64,000 nt of DNA from a virus (lineage: Duplodnaviria; Caudoviricetes), in the IMG/VR virus record IMGVR_UViG_3300013901_000005, positions 1 to 64,000 of that record. One strand, given 5' to 3'. Numbering within the stretch: position 1 is the stretch's first letter; each line of letters opens with the position of its first letter. The notes beneath the pieces are model-generated. The model saw only the letters and a list, made by a program, of their open reading frames with translations. It was not told the origin of the DNA and did no database searches. Shown here piece after piece: positions 61,291-64,000 of this stretch. The position numbers and the translations under genes were made by a program.

Positions 61291-64000
61291 ATGGAAACAC
61301 CGAAAACATACAAATTTAACGATAAGAATTATAAATTATCAGATTTTCAGTCTTCTTCAAATGAGGGCTGGGATGAATACAGAAGTGCTTTGAGAGATGG
61401 AGAGAAAAATCAAGATGCTTTGAATTAGGCATATGATTATATGATAGACGGTATTAATAATGGAACAATAACAATTAAAGATGGGAACTTTTATACAAAT
61501 GATGAAAATATATTAAATAATAAATAGTTATATGGAGAGGTGACATATTATTTGAAAAGACAATTAGGCAAATCAAATGAATATATATCACCAGAAGAAA
61601 AAAGAAAGGTTGCATTGACAAATTCAGCTTTTGCAAATAATTTCAATAACTATATGTTTAATAGCAATGCATTTAATACAGAAGATTTTATAAATCTTGA
61701 TACACCGGATGAGAAAACTGGAAAGAGAGCAACGACAAATCGGGTTGCGGCAATCGGTAATTATCTAAACCAAATTGATCTTGATAGGGATTTTAAAGAT
61801 TTTGATGATGTAACTAGACAACGATACGCACAATATATTGACGATGCAAAAAAGGCCGTTGCTGACGGAACGATAACTTCAAATGAGTATCTAGCATTAT
61901 CTAGACTTTTTGGACAACAGGGAAATTGGAAAAATATTTTTACAACTGAAAAAAATCTTTCTACTACCGATTCAGATGATAATCAAACAACCGGAACCGA
62001 AACAACTGCTGCTCAACAAACTCCACAATAGGTTTTGGAAAATTATATGACAACGGAAATACCAGAATATACTGGAAAGGAAGAATCTTATAATGTTGAT
62101 ACAAACCTGAAATTTGGAAAAGGAACACAATAGATTTGGGGTAATATGATGCGTATTATCTCAAATGAGGCATTGATAAAAATGTTGTTATTATTAAATA
62201 ATGATCCTAAACTAACTTTAGATAAATTTGATTATATATAGAGAGCTGCAAAGCAAACCGGTGCTGATAAATTACGTTTTGTAATGCCAACAAGTGATTA
62301 GGCAAAATATCTGATTTTAGGGAATTTAAAATCTAGAAATCTTCTTACTGATATTGGTGATGGCAAATATATGTATTATATAAATAAATCACCATATGCG
62401 CTTATTTGGGATACAAAATAGAAGAAGTTATTTAAGACTGCTGCAAGAAATGTTGAATATATTGTAAGGGATAAATTGAATCAGTTTAGAAGTTCAAATG
62501 GAAATGCTTCTGACAACTGGTATACAAAATATATGTAGGATAATAATACTTCATAGGTTGAAAGCGATAAAAAAGGCGGTGTGCTAAAGGCTCAGACAGG
62601 AATGAAGGCGTTATTTGATTATTCGTTAAATTTTAAACCATAGGCTCCAGATTTTATGAGCTATTCACCAAGTTCTAGTTGGTTTACAAAATATTATGAT
62701 ACAAATCTTCCTAGTGGTGGATATACAGGATCTGACTACAATAAAGCTGTTTTTTATACTGATGATGATTTAAAAAATACAAATAGATATCGCAGATGGT
62801 ATAATCCAGAAACAAAACAATATGAATTATAGAATAGAGGTGATGCTGCGTCTACTGATAATATATCAGCTGGGAATGGATTATATGATGTAGAGGGGAT
62901 TGATGGATCATAGACACCTGACGAGAATCTCGAAGCAATGTCTTGGAATAGCGATTGGATACAACGTTTGATTACTAATGAAAAACTAGCAGAATCTTTT
63001 GCTAGACGATATAAGGATTTAAATGGATCAACAAATGGCGCATAGGCTTCAAATTGGTTTAATCCAGATGGGACTTTTAATTTTGAAAAATTCAAATAGG
63101 AAATACCAAATGGAAACGGAAAACTTTTTGTATGGTCTGATAAATTAAACGGTATAGGCCACGATGTATATAAAGGAAGAATGTATGGCATTTTTGACCC
63201 AAGTATAAATCAGGTTGTATATTATAATAATATACCAGAAGGATATAAGGTTAACGGAGACGCTAAATCATTTAATGATATTACTGATTTATATATGTTA
63301 GAAAAGGATCCGAGCTATAAAGCAAAAGGAAATGACGGAAAGCAAATAGGATCAACAAATAATATAAAAGATCTATAGGTAGATAACCCATATGACAAAC
63401 TAGGAAAGGCTGATTTGTTAGCTTTAAGCCGTTTAAGAATGGTATTGGATAACAATAAAAGAAATGCCGATATATTAAAAAGAGGTCTTACCCCAGTACA
63501 ATATGATACTTATAGGGAAAATTCACCTATCACTGGAGCATATACAACAATGTCCCAATATGGGAATATGGCTGCAAAAATCAATAGCCAAATGGCGGAT
63601 ATGCAGTCCGCTGACGGACGGGCTAGAATATTGGCATAGCTTAAAGGCGCATCATAGGCTGATGAATTAAGATAGAAAGGTATTGCAGCGGATGTTGCAG
63701 AACGGGCCCGTACAGAGCAATTATCCAGACAATATGAAAACCAGAATAAGGAACGTAGGCAGACAATAGCAAATAAAAATATTGATAATCTTGCTGCTTA
63801 TAGAAAAGAGCTTTCAAGTATTGATGCTAATAGAAATATGGCTGATTTTACAAGTAAGGATACTTATTTGAAATAGTATGAAGCTGATTATAGATAGAAG
63901 CAACTTAAAAAGAAACAAATGTATGATAATTATATCAAATCAATTGCTGATGCTGAGATTACATCATTCTATGCTGACGAAATGAAAAAAGCATCTAATG
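61291..64000 (+). CDS. Large putative cargo/ejection protein (3' truncated by window)
   Basis: ORFs 61540, 63181 and 63415 share the frame of ATG 61291; DKKGGVLKAQTG motif; helical Q/A-rich C-terminal part. Confidence 0.7.

Noticed and set aside
930-63191. Minus-strand ORFs in the track (e.g. 48095..48895, 59727..60179, 25315..25692)
   Set aside because: They are antisense shadows of + strand genes with no recognisable motifs.
1-64000. Mass pseudogenisation suggested by the fragmented ORF track
   Set aside because: Almost all interruptions are in-frame TAG and frames are preserved, which recoding explains.

Overview
This window is the virion-morphogenesis (late) region of a crAss-like (Crassvirales) gut phage with a Bacteroidota-type host. 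Every credible gene is on the + strand. TAG is reassigned to a sense codon, most likely Gln (genetic code 15), so the supplied code-11 ORF track is fragmented. Read through TAG, the fragments join into abutting genes that end only in TAA or TGA. Gene order: terminase large subunit C-terminus; portal split by one group I intron with an endonuclease ORF; a 1414-aa lamin-tail/metallophosphoesterase protein next to a 2476-aa CotH-kinase-like/LRR protein; a long array of fibre genes with shared N- and C-terminal motifs, two of them frameshifted at homopolymer runs; an accessory/lysis block with host-type promoters and a candidate ~320-nt structured ncRNA; scaffold; major capsid protein split into 8 exons by 7 group I introns (5 with GIY-YIG/NUMOD ORFs); auxiliary capsid, ring and muzzle proteins; ejected cargo proteins. 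All annotation is by manual reading and translation. No database searches were run, and family names come from motif recognition. For the longest genes, continuity was checked mainly by frame agreement of the supplied fragments.
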